Positions 38,064-51,520 are shown, numbered from the stretch's first letter. The stretch is DNA of 64,000 nt from Octopus sinensis (GCF_006345805.1 NC_043003.1:32798001-32862000); one strand, 5' to 3'. The notes: generated from the letters alone by a model not told the origin. Program-made: numbers and translations.

Positions 38064-38067
<4 letters not shown>
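37021..38067. repeat. Tandem duplication, ~500-bp unit plus (TA)n spacer (period ~548)
   Basis: Units 37021-37520 and 37570-38067 differ mainly by 1-2 nt indels. Confidence 0.9.
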
Positions 38068-38104
<37 letters not shown>

Positions 38105-38599
38105 TCTTGAAAGGAAAGAAGTTCTAAGAATGTACCGATTACCAACAGTTGAATGAAGTATGAGTCTTTGTGGTAATTAGCCTTTTATAGAAATAAAACG
38201 GATGATCCCTTAGTGGTTTTGAACTCATAAGTACGTTATATTTTATTTCTTTGGCACATAATCGTATAGATAAAGACAGTGGCGAAGTGTGGGTTTTTGC
38301 CGCTTTGTGTAGTAACCAAATTTCGTTTGCTTCCTTAAACAACATTTTATCTATCACACAAACAAACCACTTTAAAAATTACAAAAGCTGCTGAAACAAA
38401 CAAAATGTCACTACAAATAATTGACCTTCAGACTGTGTAAAGACAATAAATAAAATAATGAAAAAAAAATGCGATAAAACTAGGGAAGTAACAATTAAAT
38501 CCATAACAAAACTTAATGAAGATATCTCATTATCATCATCTTCACAATGGATATGTGAGTGTGTGTGTGTGTGTGTACGTACATCTATTTATCTATCTT

Positions 38600-39030
38600 A
38601 TTTCTTTATTGCCCACAAGAGGCCAAACATAGAGGGGACAAACAAGGACAGACAAAGGGATTAAGTCGATTACATAGACCCCAGTGCGTAACTGGCACTT
38701 TATTTATCGACCCCGAAAGGATGAAAGGCAAAGTCGACCTTTTGAAGAATTTAAGATCTGTCTGCCACTTCTTCGCTATAGTTCCTTCAGCAAATTAATA
38801 TGCTTTCACTATAAAAAAAAAAGGCTGCGAGTTTGCACAATAGTTAGCGTGTCGGGAAAAGTGCTAAGCGGCATTTCATCCGTCTCTATGTTCTGAGTTC
38901 AATTTCCGCCGAGGTCGACTTAGCCTTTTATCCTCTTGGGGTGGATAAAATAAACACCAGTTGAGTACTGAGGTCGATGTAGTCGACTAACCACTGCCTC
39001 GGAATTGCTGGCCTAGTGACAAAATTTCCA
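38600..39030. mobile_element. Divergently arranged SINE family B pair (minus 38600-38750, plus 38820-39030)
   Basis: Core motifs present in both orientations. Confidence 0.8.
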
Positions 39031-39226
39031 ACAAATATTTTATAAATGCGGTCAGACGGTACCGAATCAAAAGCTTTCATGGTCCAAGTGCTTAAAAGGC
39101 TATTTTAACATACATTACAACCACTCAGACCCATCTTATTAACAAAGAGCTTGTTGATTATGCCGAAAGACTTAAACTCTTTCTATTCTTAAGCAATTAT
39201 AATTTTTTGTTGTGTCAAAGGAGAAT

Positions 39227-39415
39227 CGTTATGCCAATATTAACACACGCTCTGGTTCAATTCCACTCCTTTATTATTAGTCAATTGGTTAAATATCTAA
39301 CTAACTAATCGATTGCTTTTTTTTAGTTAAACAGCAAGTTGGATATTAACTAACTGACAAATAGTAAAGGAATAGAATAGAACCAGCACGTGTGTTAATG
39401 ATATTGACATAATGA
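39227..39415. repeat. Foldback element, short copy (same family as 49489-49917)
   Basis: TTATGCCAATAT..TAACACACGCTCTGGTTCAA pairs with TAGAACCAGCACGTGTGTTAATGATATTGACATAA. Confidence 0.8.
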
Positions 39416-40999
39416 CTCTCCCTAGACACAACAAAACTTGTTTTAACACACGACTTCACAAAAAGAATCTTGCAAACCAGATACAAAACCGAAGTAGACA
39501 TTTTTCTTTTCTGTAAACATTGTCATCCTTTTTTTGAGAACAGTTTTTGCGGTACATTCACAGTGGATAAATAATAGAGTGATAGTTACATGGGCCAACA
39601 GTTGATATCTTATTATAGTTCATTGTTGTCCTGCTAGTAAAGAGCTATCTAGGAACTTGGTTCTGTTTCTTTAAAACATCATTGAAAATGGCCGTTGCCT
39701 ATCAGAGCTGTAGTTTTAAAAAAAATCTCTCAAAATATATATTGTAAATCGTTTGAAAGACGGTACTCAACTAACCAGGTGCTGTTTATGTTTCATTTAG
39801 ATTCATTTTCAAAAACATGGGTTTCCAAAATATTTCTGATGTTTCTTTAATGGATATCTTATCAAACATCTAGTTGTTACCAAGCATTGTCCTATTAAAG
39901 CGAATTGTTTTCAATAAACATGGTTTTGTGAGTAACGTTTTTCTCGTGTGCATTACCCTTTTTCAATTTATTATCCAAAGCGGATAAAATTGTATTTTTC
40001 GTTTTAAGTATCTGAGGTCTGTCGTGGTTGTCGTCGTCATTGTCATCATCACCATCATCATCATCATCATCATCATCATCACCATCGTAACCCCTCCCCC
40101 TCTTCCTTCTCATCTTCGTCATCGCTGTCGTTGTTGTTATTAAAAACTTTGCCTTCAGTTTTCTTTGTTTCATCTCTTATTGAAGTCAGTTATATAGAAT
40201 AATAAAGAAATATTAAAAGGATTGTACGTATTTTTGATTGAAAAACAATATGACACTTATTGATTAAAAGGAATGGCGTGGGTAGATGTTGAAAGACAGG
40301 GAAAAAAATAATAAAACCAAATAAAAAAAAAATAAGAAAAGTAAAACAAACCCAAAAATATCAGCACCCAAACGAAACCAAACTGAACTAAACTAAAGCA
40401 AAACCGAATCAAACTAAAGTAAAACTCAAAACGAAACAAAAGCAGTACTGGAAAATGGCGTCAATGAACAAACAAAGAAACCAACAGAAATATACTGAAA
40501 TAAACTGAAAGGAAATATAATAAAAAACAGAGTTAGAGAAATTACAAAAAAGAATCAGTTGTAATATAAATTGTTGATAAAGAGCAGTGACTTGAAATTT
40601 CGTGGTGTGGGACATAATTTAGGTTTTGGTTGTGCTTGATGGATAAGTCAAAGATAAACGAATAGAAAAAAAATTTATAAAAGTAAGAAACAGGAATAAA
40701 TAAATAAATACATAAATAAATAAATAAATAAAAATAAATACAATATTAAGATAGGGGTCGGGGAAAAATCGAGGTGAAGGTGAAGAGACAGGACTAAACA
40801 GTGAAATAAAGTGAAAAATAAAAGAGGGGAAAAAGTATTAGGGAAAAGCTTCATAAGAATTCAAAAATGTAGAAGAAAGGTGGGTTGGAAGGAAATGGAG
40901 GAAGGGTGGCGGTGAGAGAAAACTAATAATATAATAATGAATAACAAAAATAACAAAAAAGAAATGTCTAATCTTTCAAAAGATATCAAATAATTTTAA

Positions 41000-41004
41000 A
41001 ATAC

Positions 41005-41075
<71 letters not shown>

Positions 41076-41137
41076 TATATATATATATATTATATATATA
41101 ATATATATATATATATACATATATGTATATACATATG

Positions 41138-41171
<34 letters not shown>

Positions 41172-41963
41172 GTACATATATATGCATATATATGTATATA
41201 TATGTATCTATGTACATATATGTATGTATATATATATGCATATATATATATGTATATATATGTATCTATGTACATATATGTATGTATATATATATATATG
41301 CACATATATATATATATATATATGTATGCATATATATATATATATACATACACACACACATATATATATATATTATATATAATATATATATATATACATA
41401 TATATATATGTATATATATATATATTATATATATATATATGTATATATATATAATATATATATATATATATAATATATATATATATATATTATATATATA
41501 TATACGTACACACGTATACACATATATAAAAATAGTATCCCCTCCAAAAAAAAAAAAAAAGAAAACGAAGTTTAAGAGAAAAATTCAAGATGACGGACTG
41601 CTCAGCGATAAAGCAAAACGAAAAGAGGATGTAAAACAAAATTCAACAATAACAAAGAAAAAAAATAATAATAAAAGATAACAACAACAAAAACAGACAA
41701 ACCGAAAATACACCAGAAAAATGATAAAAACTATGATTTAAGTGAAAGAAACGAAGTGTAAAGGTGAGGCAAAATAATCTTTACACAAAAAATATAAAGC
41801 CATATAAAACAACAAAAATAACAAATACAATAATAATAAGAAAGATGTAAAAATATAACAGAAAAATAGTACAAAGAAAAACAAATAAAACTGAGAAAAG
41901 TTGTCTGTATATAAAAGTCAACGTCGACTTAATGATAATAATAATAATAACAACAATGATAAC

Positions 41964-42000
<37 letters not shown>

Positions 42001-42003
42001 GTA

Positions 42004-42057
<54 letters not shown>

Positions 42058-42069
42058 GTAATGATAATG

Positions 42070-42112
<43 letters not shown>

Positions 42113-42378
42113 TAATAATAATAATAATAATGATATTGGTGGTGCTGCTGGTTTTTCAAATGGTGGTGGTGATGATTATGATGATAATGATGATGATCAC
42201 GGTGTTGGTGGCGGTGATGATGATGATAACATAGGAATTATTATAATAAAAGGTACACACACTCCACCCTCCAAATGAAACTGAAAAGGTAAATAAAAAA
42301 AGAAGAAAAATGGAAAAGAAATAGTGCAACATATTCGCAAAAAAATTTCACTACAATAACTTGAACGCATATATACAT

Positions 42379-42446
<68 letters not shown>

Positions 42447-42490
42447 TATACCACCTATACACACACACACATATATATATATGCATAAAT

Positions 42491-42533
<43 letters not shown>

Positions 42534-42728
42534 CACACACACACATATATATACACATATATATATAAGTACTTGTATATGTATAGAATCATACGCAGCA
42601 TTGCATAAGCATTTATAAATATACACATGTATGTATGTGTGCGTGTGTGCGTATAATATATATATATATATATGTATCTAATACATATATGTATGTAAAT
42701 ATGTATACGTACGTATATACATACAAAA

Positions 42729-42808
<80 letters not shown>

Positions 42809-42825
42809 TTATGTATGTATGTATA

Positions 42826-42872
<47 letters not shown>

Positions 42873-42910
42873 ATATATATATTATATATATATTATATAT
42901 ACATACCCAC
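41000..42910. repeat. ~1.9-kb degenerate (TA)n/(TAA)n/(TATG)n tract
   Basis: Directly visible; source of the Y/I-rich pseudo-ORFs. Confidence 0.95.
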
Positions 42911-43249
42911 AAACGACAAGAGTGAAGATAATAATGGGCACTGTTAAAAAATATAATCTTTTTTGAAACTAAACAGATTCGACGTTTTTTTTTCTCTCTA
43001 TTCTTTTCTTTTCATTTCTCCCTTTCTCTCAGCGTTGCCCCATTCCTCACCCCTCCATCCCTTCATTTTTGTTCCTTCATTTCTTTCTTTCATTTTTTTC
43101 TTTCCTTCCTTCTTCATTTTTATTTCTTACTTCCTATTTTCTTCTTTTGTCGTATTTTATTCGTTGATTTCAAAGTTTTTTTTTCTTCTTCTGCCACCGA
43201 TTACATGTCCCTCCTACTTTTCTTATCAAAGTAGAAGGCCTACACACAC

Positions 43250-43310
<61 letters not shown>

Positions 43311-43920
43311 TATACACACACATATACACACACACACACACACGCATCATCATCAGAAACATGTGTGCAGTGCACTCAGAGACATACACGTATTATACCT
43401 TAACGCATCAACCAACATCCGTACATATATATTCACAAATAAATACACAAGCAATTTACATACAACTCTTCAGAGTTGATTTTATATCTTGGTCGGCTTC
43501 CCCTAAAATCAATACAACGATTGCTCTCTCACACTCTGTGTGTGTGTGTGTATGCGTGTGCGTGTGTATGTATGTGAGTTTGTGAGCCTGTGATTCTGTG
43601 AGTCTGTTCAATTGTGCATCTGGGTATACGAGGCTACACGAAATTACATGTGCGTATGTGTATGTAAATAAAGGCATAGGGCCACACACATAAAAACATG
43701 GGGAAACAGAAACACATAAACACATCACATACATACACAAACATACACTAGGATATGCGGATTTACCAGTACATGCAAATACACGCCCACATATACACAT
43801 ATTTATATAGAACATAAAGACATGTATATATGTATGTATACACACCTATGTGCACACGTACATATACATACATACATCTATCTATCTATCTATCTATCTA
43901 TATATATATATATATATATA

Positions 43921-44042
43921 TCACCGTGATCACCGTGACCGACCAGACTATCAGATATTGCTACACATCGCTTGTCACAATGCGCTTCGCATTGTTTTAG
44001 CCTTCAAATGACGCCACCCCGCTTGCTAAGCGAGTAGGCCAA
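43921..44042. mobile_element. ~120-bp element embedded in (TA)n, copy 1
   Basis: Near-identical copy at 59160-59278 with the same endpoints; internal hairpin CAATGC-GCTTC-GCATTG. Confidence 0.8.
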
Positions 44043-44297
44043 TATATATATATATATATATATATACATACAAATATACATTACGTGTGCGCATATGCAC
44101 ATACATGTTGTATATATATGTGCACACACACACACACACATACACACACGCTCACACACACACAAATATTGATATCGATATAGATATAGAGTGATAGACA
44201 GATACATATATATAAATATTTATAGATACATGCACGTATAATATATATATATATATATCTGTGTGTGTGTGTTGTGTTGTGTGTGTGTGTGTGTATG

Positions 44298-44363
<66 letters not shown>

Positions 44364-44490
44364 TGTGTGTGTATTTGTGTGTGTATAGTTAGAAGTCTTG
44401 TGACGGTTTGTACTTCCATAACATTTCCTTAGTATTTAATAATAAACTCTATAATTTTGCTTGGCATCTCAACCACATTCAAATTATTCA

Positions 44491-44524
<34 letters not shown>

Positions 44525-44972
44525 CTTGATCACTTTTACTGCCACCACCTCTTCTTCTTCTTCTACTACTACTACTACTACTGCTCATAGGTATTTTCAG
44601 TCAGGTCTTACCTGCAGCTAAACCACAACTCCAATACCAAGAAAAAAAGATAAGAGTGTCATGGTTGGAAAACTTTTTGGTTACAAGTTTGTTCAATCAG
44701 CCTTACCACGTTTGCTGCCTCTGCTAGAAATAGGACCCCAAATCTCAATCCAGTTCCACTCTACAATGTTTTAATGAAAGCACATTATTTAAACATTTGC
44801 CTGTCTAAAGCATTTTCATTAGTTTATCGCAAACGTCCAAGCTTGTTTTCAGATTTTAGCTGACCCTTGCTTTATACTTTCTGATTAATATAAAAGTTTC
44901 TTTTCATAAATCCATATTTGCTCTTGTGGTAGAAAAAAGAATAAGAAAAAGAAAGAAAGAATGTATATCATA

Positions 44973-45138
44973 CGGAGCAGGCGAGACTCTGCCGTAAAAA
45001 GCTTGCTACTCAATCACATAATTCTGGGTTCAGTCCCACTGCGAGGTACTTTGGGCAAGTGTAGTCTACTATACCTCGGACCGACGAAATCCTTGTGAGT
45101 GGATTTGGTAGATGAAAATATGAAAGAAGCCCGTCTTG
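44973..45138 (+). mobile_element. SINE family A 5' half, diverged
   Basis: GGGTTCAGTCCCACTGCG B box and body. Confidence 0.8.
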
Positions 45139-45168
45139 TATATATATATATAATATATATATAATATA

Positions 45169-45221
<53 letters not shown>

Positions 45222-45241
45222 CATATATATATATATATAAT

Positions 45242-45385
<144 letters not shown>

Positions 45386-46409
45386 CGAAAGAAGGTTTGA
45401 AAATGCAATTTAAAAGATGTTTATTTACTTTACTGGTTTCACTCTTTGGAAAAAAGATTGTCAAAAGTAACATGTGGAAGTTTGGTGGCGTTAATTATTC
45501 GTTGTTGCAAATTGCTACATTACATATATATATACAGTCTTTGGTAACAGGGACATGTTAAGGACATAAAAAAGTTCAAAAAGTTCCTTAAAATATTGGG
45601 CAAAAAAGATTACATAAATAATCGTTCTCAAGGACATACTTAAGATAGTTTCCAGAAGGAATTGATATTGGTATTGTATCTGTATATTCAAACATGCACA
45701 GAATATTGGTTGACACAGAGTACTATAATCCATATAAATATACAGTCTTTGGTGACAACAGTATGTTGAGAATATAAAAAAGTTTAACAAGCTCATTGAA
45801 ATAATGGGCAGAAAAGATTAAAACAAATATATTATACATCTCAGGGTAATTTCCAGGAGGAATTATTAAAAAAAGTTCAGTATACACATACAGAATATTA
45901 TGAGTTCAAAAAGATTTACATTATTGTAGTGGTGAAGTTGTAACTAACCTGTCCGTTTTAGGAGAAAAAAAAAATATATAAAGTACTTGTTAACTGTATA
46001 TTCGCAATTAATGTCACTTATTTTTTTACCCATTTTTAACACCTGTCTCGCGACCCTAATTCTATATTAACCAGTTATGATTAATTACTTAATTGATTAT
46101 TTTTCAGGACTCGCCCTCATTTATGCGAGATTTTTTCGGTGTAATCTAACATTTATATTTATGTATACATCACTGGGGATTTTCAAAAACCCTCTCTAAT
46201 ACACAGCTTGTTACGTTATGTTTTGAAAACAATCATCCAATCAAATTTAAATGCTCATTGGCGTATTTGAATTACATCACATTATACTACATGTACCCGA
46301 ACAATCTTAATTCAGTTTTCATTACAACTGTTCCGACGAACGGGAACGTGAATCTCTGAGTAACAGTTCTGTGATAATCCTGCAGCTTTAATAAAAAGTA
46401 TATATATAT

Positions 46410-46739
46410 ATTAATAGTTATCGCCATACTAATATGGCAGTCTTATAAATATAAGACTAAAGCTGTCGCTGGTTAGCTCCATGAGGCCACCGCCTCAAGC
46501 TAGCTATTTGACACACGAACCTGCGTCCATTAAAAGCCTTCGAACAAGGGAGGTCAGCCGCTTCATCCTGCCAGTCAGACAGCTACAGACGACGTTTCAG
46601 GGTCGTTGCCCCTTATTAATGGACGCAGGTTCGTGTGTCAAATAGCTAGCTTGAGGCGGTGGCCTCATGGAGCTAACCAGCGACAGCTTTAGTCTTATAT
46701 TTATAAGACTGCTATATTAGTATGGCGATAACTATTAAT
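46410..46739. mobile_element. Foldback element with 124-bp near-perfect inverted arms and an 82-bp spacer
   Basis: Arms 46410-46533 and 46616-46739 with 1 mismatch; termini TTAA-TAG...CTA-TTAA. Confidence 0.92.
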
Positions 46740-46808
46740 TTCCAGTAACGCTGCCGTAATCTCCTTTAGAGAGACTTAGTAATTTTAATATTTCTATTAT
46801 ATAAAAAA

Positions 46809-47070
46809 GGGTAAAGACCCCCTTCGGTCATGAATGACCATGGGATTGTACCTAGAAAGTTACCCTCCTAGACACAAGTCCGGGCAAGGTTGTTTTATGG
46901 AAGACCAGCAGTCGCCCATGCATACCAGCCTCCCCTCTCCACGCCACCAGTGTTATCCAAGGGAAAGACAAAGGTCGATACAGCTTGGCACCAGTGACGT
47001 CGCAACTCATTTCTACAGCTGAGTGAACTGGAGCAACGTGAAATAAAGTGCCTTGCTCAAGAACACAACA

Positions 47071-47073
<3 letters not shown>
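46809..47073 (-). mobile_element. SINE family D lacking head (cut by (TA)n)
   Basis: Matches 35371-35625. Confidence 0.85.
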
Positions 47074-47119
<46 letters not shown>

Positions 47120-47121
<2 letters not shown>

Positions 47122-47245
47122 CAAATTTACAGGAAATAAAAGACGAAGACAGGTGTAGGAACAAGCAGGAGTATTAGTTTAAGCTTCGGGAAGAATGGAA
47201 AAGTCTTTTACGTTTCGTGCCTATGCTCTTCGACAGAAAGGTTTA
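47120..47245 (-). mobile_element. Penelope-like terminal fragment with hammerhead-like motif
   Basis: Homologous copy at 62686-62780 (+); the motif CTGTCGA-A-GAGC..GCAC-GAAAC-GTA resembles PLE minimal hammerheads. Confidence 0.55.
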
Positions 47246-47359
47246 ATAGGAAAAGGGGAGAGAGAATGAAAAAAAAACGGAGCGAGAATAAAATATGAAG
47301 GGATTAACAGTTGCACATACACACACCACACACACACACGCACACACACACACACACAC

Positions 47360-47404
<45 letters not shown>

Positions 47405-47406
<2 letters not shown>

Positions 47407-47962
47407 GGGCGGGGCAGAGTGGACGAACGTTTTTGATATAGCTATTACTTAACCCCAACGGGAGGGACATATGCCCAACAGGTACCATTCGGTCGGTACT
47501 CTCTTAACATTCTTTATTTTTTTCAGGCGAAGTCATGACGCTGTGGATGGTAGAGCATTGTATGTTTGCTTACGACAGTTACGTGAAGAATAACGAGTTT
47601 TTCACAGCAGTTCAGTGTGACTTTCAGCGCCACTTCAACATTGATCAAAATCAGGCTGTTCCCACCGGTAACACAATCTTACGTTTGGTGAATGCACTTC
47701 GTACACGAGGTACACTAATGAATAGGAGACTGTTGGGGACGTCACGAAAGGTACGAATCCCGGAAAATGCGGATACGCCAGACAAGCTTTCAGAAATGCA
47801 TCAATGAAAACGGACACCACATGATGAGTGCTGTTTTCCACACTTAATTTTGAGAAATGTTAATTCAATACGAACTCATTGATGTCTATAAAATCCGTTT
47901 GCATCTAAAATTAATGATTTTGTGAATTTTTCAAAACTGTCCGTCTTCTCTGCCGCACCCTA
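47405..47962 (+). mobile_element. Internally deleted Tc1/mariner element (DUF4817-like N-terminal HTH)
   Basis: Imperfect TIRs CAGGGCGGGGCAGAG / CTCTGCCGCACCCT with TA flanks. ORF 47535-47807 (EHCMFAYDSY..NNE..TAVQCDFQRHFNI...PTGNTILRLVNALRTRGTL) is joined to a C-terminal CINENGHHM remnant; the DDD domain is missing. Confidence 0.8.
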
Positions 47963-47994
47963 TATACACATATGTATATCTATGTATGTGTGTT

Positions 47995-48200
47995 TTTCTG
48001 TCTGTTACTGTCCACCACCACTGCTTGACAACTGGTGTTGGTGTGGTTGCATCCCCGAAAGTTTGCGGTTTGGCTAAAAGGACCGATAGAATAAGTACGA
48101 GGCTTAAAAAAGAAGTTCTGGAGTCGTTTCATTCGACTAAATCTTCAAGATAGCGCTGCAGCATGGCCACAGTCTAATGACTGACACAAGTAAAAGAAAA
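47995..48200 (+). mobile_element. SINE family A 3' half, diverged
   Basis: GATAGAATAAGTAC...GCAGCATGGCCACAGTC..ATGACTGA.ACAAGTAAAAG. Confidence 0.75.
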
Positions 48201-48504
48201 AAAAAATTACAATGCTTCATGTGATATATCGGACAGGCGAAGGGTTAATCAGGGTGTATAGTCATTTTATGAAGAAATCTTAAACGGGATGGCTACGGTC
48301 AGAATGCATTTGATGATATATCTTTAAATCAGGGCTGTGTTGCGTCTAAATAACAATTGCAATGGCACAGTGCCACTTCGACCACCACCATTATGTACAT
48401 AATTTACATAAACACACTGTTTCTTTTGTCTCTGTCCCTCTCGTCCCTCTTGTCCTTCCCTCAAATTTAACCTTAAATATACGTTCAATGTTCCTTTATA
48501 ATTA

Positions 48505-49390
48505 TATTATTAATTAATTGAATTTCATCTCAGGACACAATATGTTCATTTCTTTTTCTTACCTTTCCAAAGAGCCAAATTCCGCCGAAGTCGACTTTGC
48601 CTTTCATCCTTTCGGGGTCGATAAATTAAGTACCAGTTGTGTATTGGGGTCGATCTAATCGACTGGCTCTCTCGTCCAAAATTTCGGGCCTTGTGTCTGG
48701 AGTAGAAAAGATTATTAATTAATTGAATTTCATCTCAGGACACAATATGTTCATTTCTTTTTCTTACCTTTCCAAATAGCCAAATTCCGCCGAAGTCGAC
48801 CTTGCCTTTCATCCTTTCGAGGTCGATACATTAAATACCAGTTGCGTACTGGGTCAACGTAATCGACTGGCCCTCTCTCCCAAAATTTCGGGCCTTGTGC
48901 CTAGAGTAGAAAAAAATATTTCCAAATAGTAGGGTGGCGAGCTGGCAGAATCGTTTGCACGCAGAATCGATACTTAGCGGCTTTTCGTCTGCCTTTGCGT
49001 TCTGAGTTCAAATTCCGCCGAGGTCTACTTTACCATGCAACCTTTCAGGGTCGATAAGATAAGTACTTAAATTAAGTACCAAGTGAGCACTTGGATCGAT
49101 GGTCATCGACTTAGACTCTCTTCCGAAATTGCTGGTTTTGTACCAAAATTTGAAATCAATATTTCCAAATAGTAGGGGGGCGAGTTGGCAGAGTTGTTAG
49201 CACGCTGAATGAAATGCTTAGCGGCATTTCGTCCGTCTTTACGTTCTGAGTTCAAATTACAATGAGATCGGCTTCGCCTTTCATCTTTTCGGGCTCGGAA
49301 AAATAAGTACCAGTTGAGAACTGGAGTCGATATAATTGACAATCCGCGCCCCTAAAATTGTTGGTCTTGTGTCGAAATTTGATACCAATA
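48505..49390. mobile_element. Stack of about five family B SINE pieces, including a ~207-bp tandem duplication
   Basis: 48507-48712 is repeated at 48713-48915; further heads at 48930 and 49170; antisense pieces at 49100-49160 and 49330-49390. Confidence 0.8.
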
Positions 49391-49488
49391 TTTCCAAAGA
49401 GTAATAAACTTACTTCGTTTTTGTATTTGGTTTGCGAGATTCTTGATATGAACTCGTGAGTTGAGACATATTTTATTGCATCTCGAGT

Positions 49489-49917
49489 GGGTTATCATGT
49501 CAATAATAAACATATGCACTGGTTCAATTTCATTTCTTTATTCGTCAATTGGTTAGCAATTTAACCAACCAGCTAATCGATTGTATGGGTAAGCATTCGG
49601 TTAATTACTCAATTATTTGTGTTTGTCAAAGTCCTTTCATTACTGTTCACGACAGCATTAACAATATGCCCTCTCTGAAGTTGACCTTCTGGTCAGCCTC
49701 AGTTCTGGTCACGAATAGCGACGAAAGGACTTTGACAAACACAACTAACTAATTAACCGAATGAATAATCAATTGATTAGTTGTTTGGTAAAATAGCTAA
49801 CCAATCGGTGAATGATAATGGATTGATTAGTTGGTTTATCCAATAGCTAACCTGTTGACGAATGATAGTGAAGTGAATTTGAACCAGTGCGTGTGTTTAT
49901 TATTGGCATAATGACCC
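49489..49917. repeat. ~430-bp foldback element
   Basis: Termini GGGTTATCATGTCAATAATAAAC / GTTTATTATTGGCATAATGACCC; perfect inner 22-bp arms TTGTGTTTGTCAAAGTCCTTTC / GAAAGGACTTTGACAAACACAA. Confidence 0.85.
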
Positions 49918-50481
49918 TCATGAAGTACAACAGGATCTAGCAATTACAAAGTTGGCAAACAACGATGACATCTATATTTCGACTGTTGACGAAAAACACT
50001 GCAAAAACGTTCGCAGTTTTTCCCTGACTTGCACTTACAGAGAATAACGTTAGTTAAATACTAATATGCATTCCCAAAACACAGTTGGTTAATACTCACG
50101 TTCAAAGAACAGCATTGTAAATAATGAAAGCCAACGCCCATTTATTGTAATTATCGGTAATTTTTGTTAGTTGTACAGGTAACCTAACTACTAACTAGCA
50201 TAGCCCCCTACCACCACGATCCCCATTATCTAACTATTCTTATACACACCCATCGTTCTACCCCTTCATCGTAATCACATCCCCAATATTTTCATCACCA
50301 GCATCAGCTTAAGCACTACGACCATCAAGAAAACAACCGTTGTCATCATCATCGCCACCGTCGTCGTCATCATCATCATTATTAGCATCGTCATCATCAT
50401 TGTCGCCGTCATTGTTATTATATTCGGATCTTTTCGGTTTGAACAGCAGTTTTTTCTAGCGGTGTCATATGAAATTGTCAC

Positions 50482-50802
50482 TCATAATTATGACCCTAGT
50501 ATCGATCTATTGTATTTCAATCTGTTTTAGGGTTAGGGTTAGAGTTAGGGTTAGTTAGGGTTATGGTTAGGGGTGGGGGGAAGGGTATTTTTTTTTCTTC
50601 AGAAATGTAAATAAACCCAATCTGCTTCTTAAACGAGGGACATATTCATACGACACAATGTTTTCATCTCAATAGACGTCATTGGTTTGTTGAAATTGCA
50701 GAAATTGAAGAAAAAAAACAACAAATATCTTACAACTATAGAATTTTCTCAATAATGCCAAGAGAAAAAGATATTTTATAAACACATTCTACCAGTATAC
50801 GA
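50482..50802. mobile_element. Dispersed non-autonomous element with internal (TTAGGG)-like repeats (Helentron/HINE-like, inferred)
   Basis: 12-bp palindrome TCATAATTATGA at 50482-50493; degenerate TTAGGG array at 50527-50572. Confidence 0.45.
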
Positions 50803-50837
50803 TTATAATGATATATATAATGATTATAATAATAATG

Positions 50838-50890
<53 letters not shown>

Positions 50891-51049
50891 CATCATCATC
50901 ATCATAAGAAAATAATAATAATAATCCTCCACATTATCATCACACATAATTACAGCCACAATTATCATCGTCGTGATGATGATGATAATGGCAACGTGGG
51001 TCATCTCCACCACCACCACTCCCCCCATCATCATCATTATTATTACCAA

Positions 51050-51484
51050 CGGATTGTTAGTGGGGGCAGCTTGTGATATAAACCGGTAATGATGGTACCG
51101 TATCGTGTAGTAACGATGATGACAATAACGGTAATAACGAAGATGATGGCGATGAGGATTATGATTATGGTGGTGGTGATGATGATAATACGATGAAGAT
51201 GATAGGTTGGTGGTAATGATGAAAATGACACACTATCCTACGCATCATCATCAACATTGTAGTCGTCGTCGTCATCAACATCATCTTCGACATCATCATT
51301 GTCATTATAATTATCCTTATTTTCATCTTCACCATCATCATCATCATCATCTTCAACATCATCATCATCATCGTCATCATCTTCATCATCATCATCATCA
51401 TTATCATCATCATCACCATTATCACCATTATTATCATCATAATCATCTTCATCATCATCGCCATCCTCACTTCATCATCATTAA

Positions 51485-51520
<36 letters not shown>

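Noticed and set aside
40996-42925. Many Y/I-rich ORFs (also 5099-5461, 17630-18074, 45069-45473, 52589-57040)
   Set aside because: Translations of (TA)n, (CA)n and (GA)n microsatellites.
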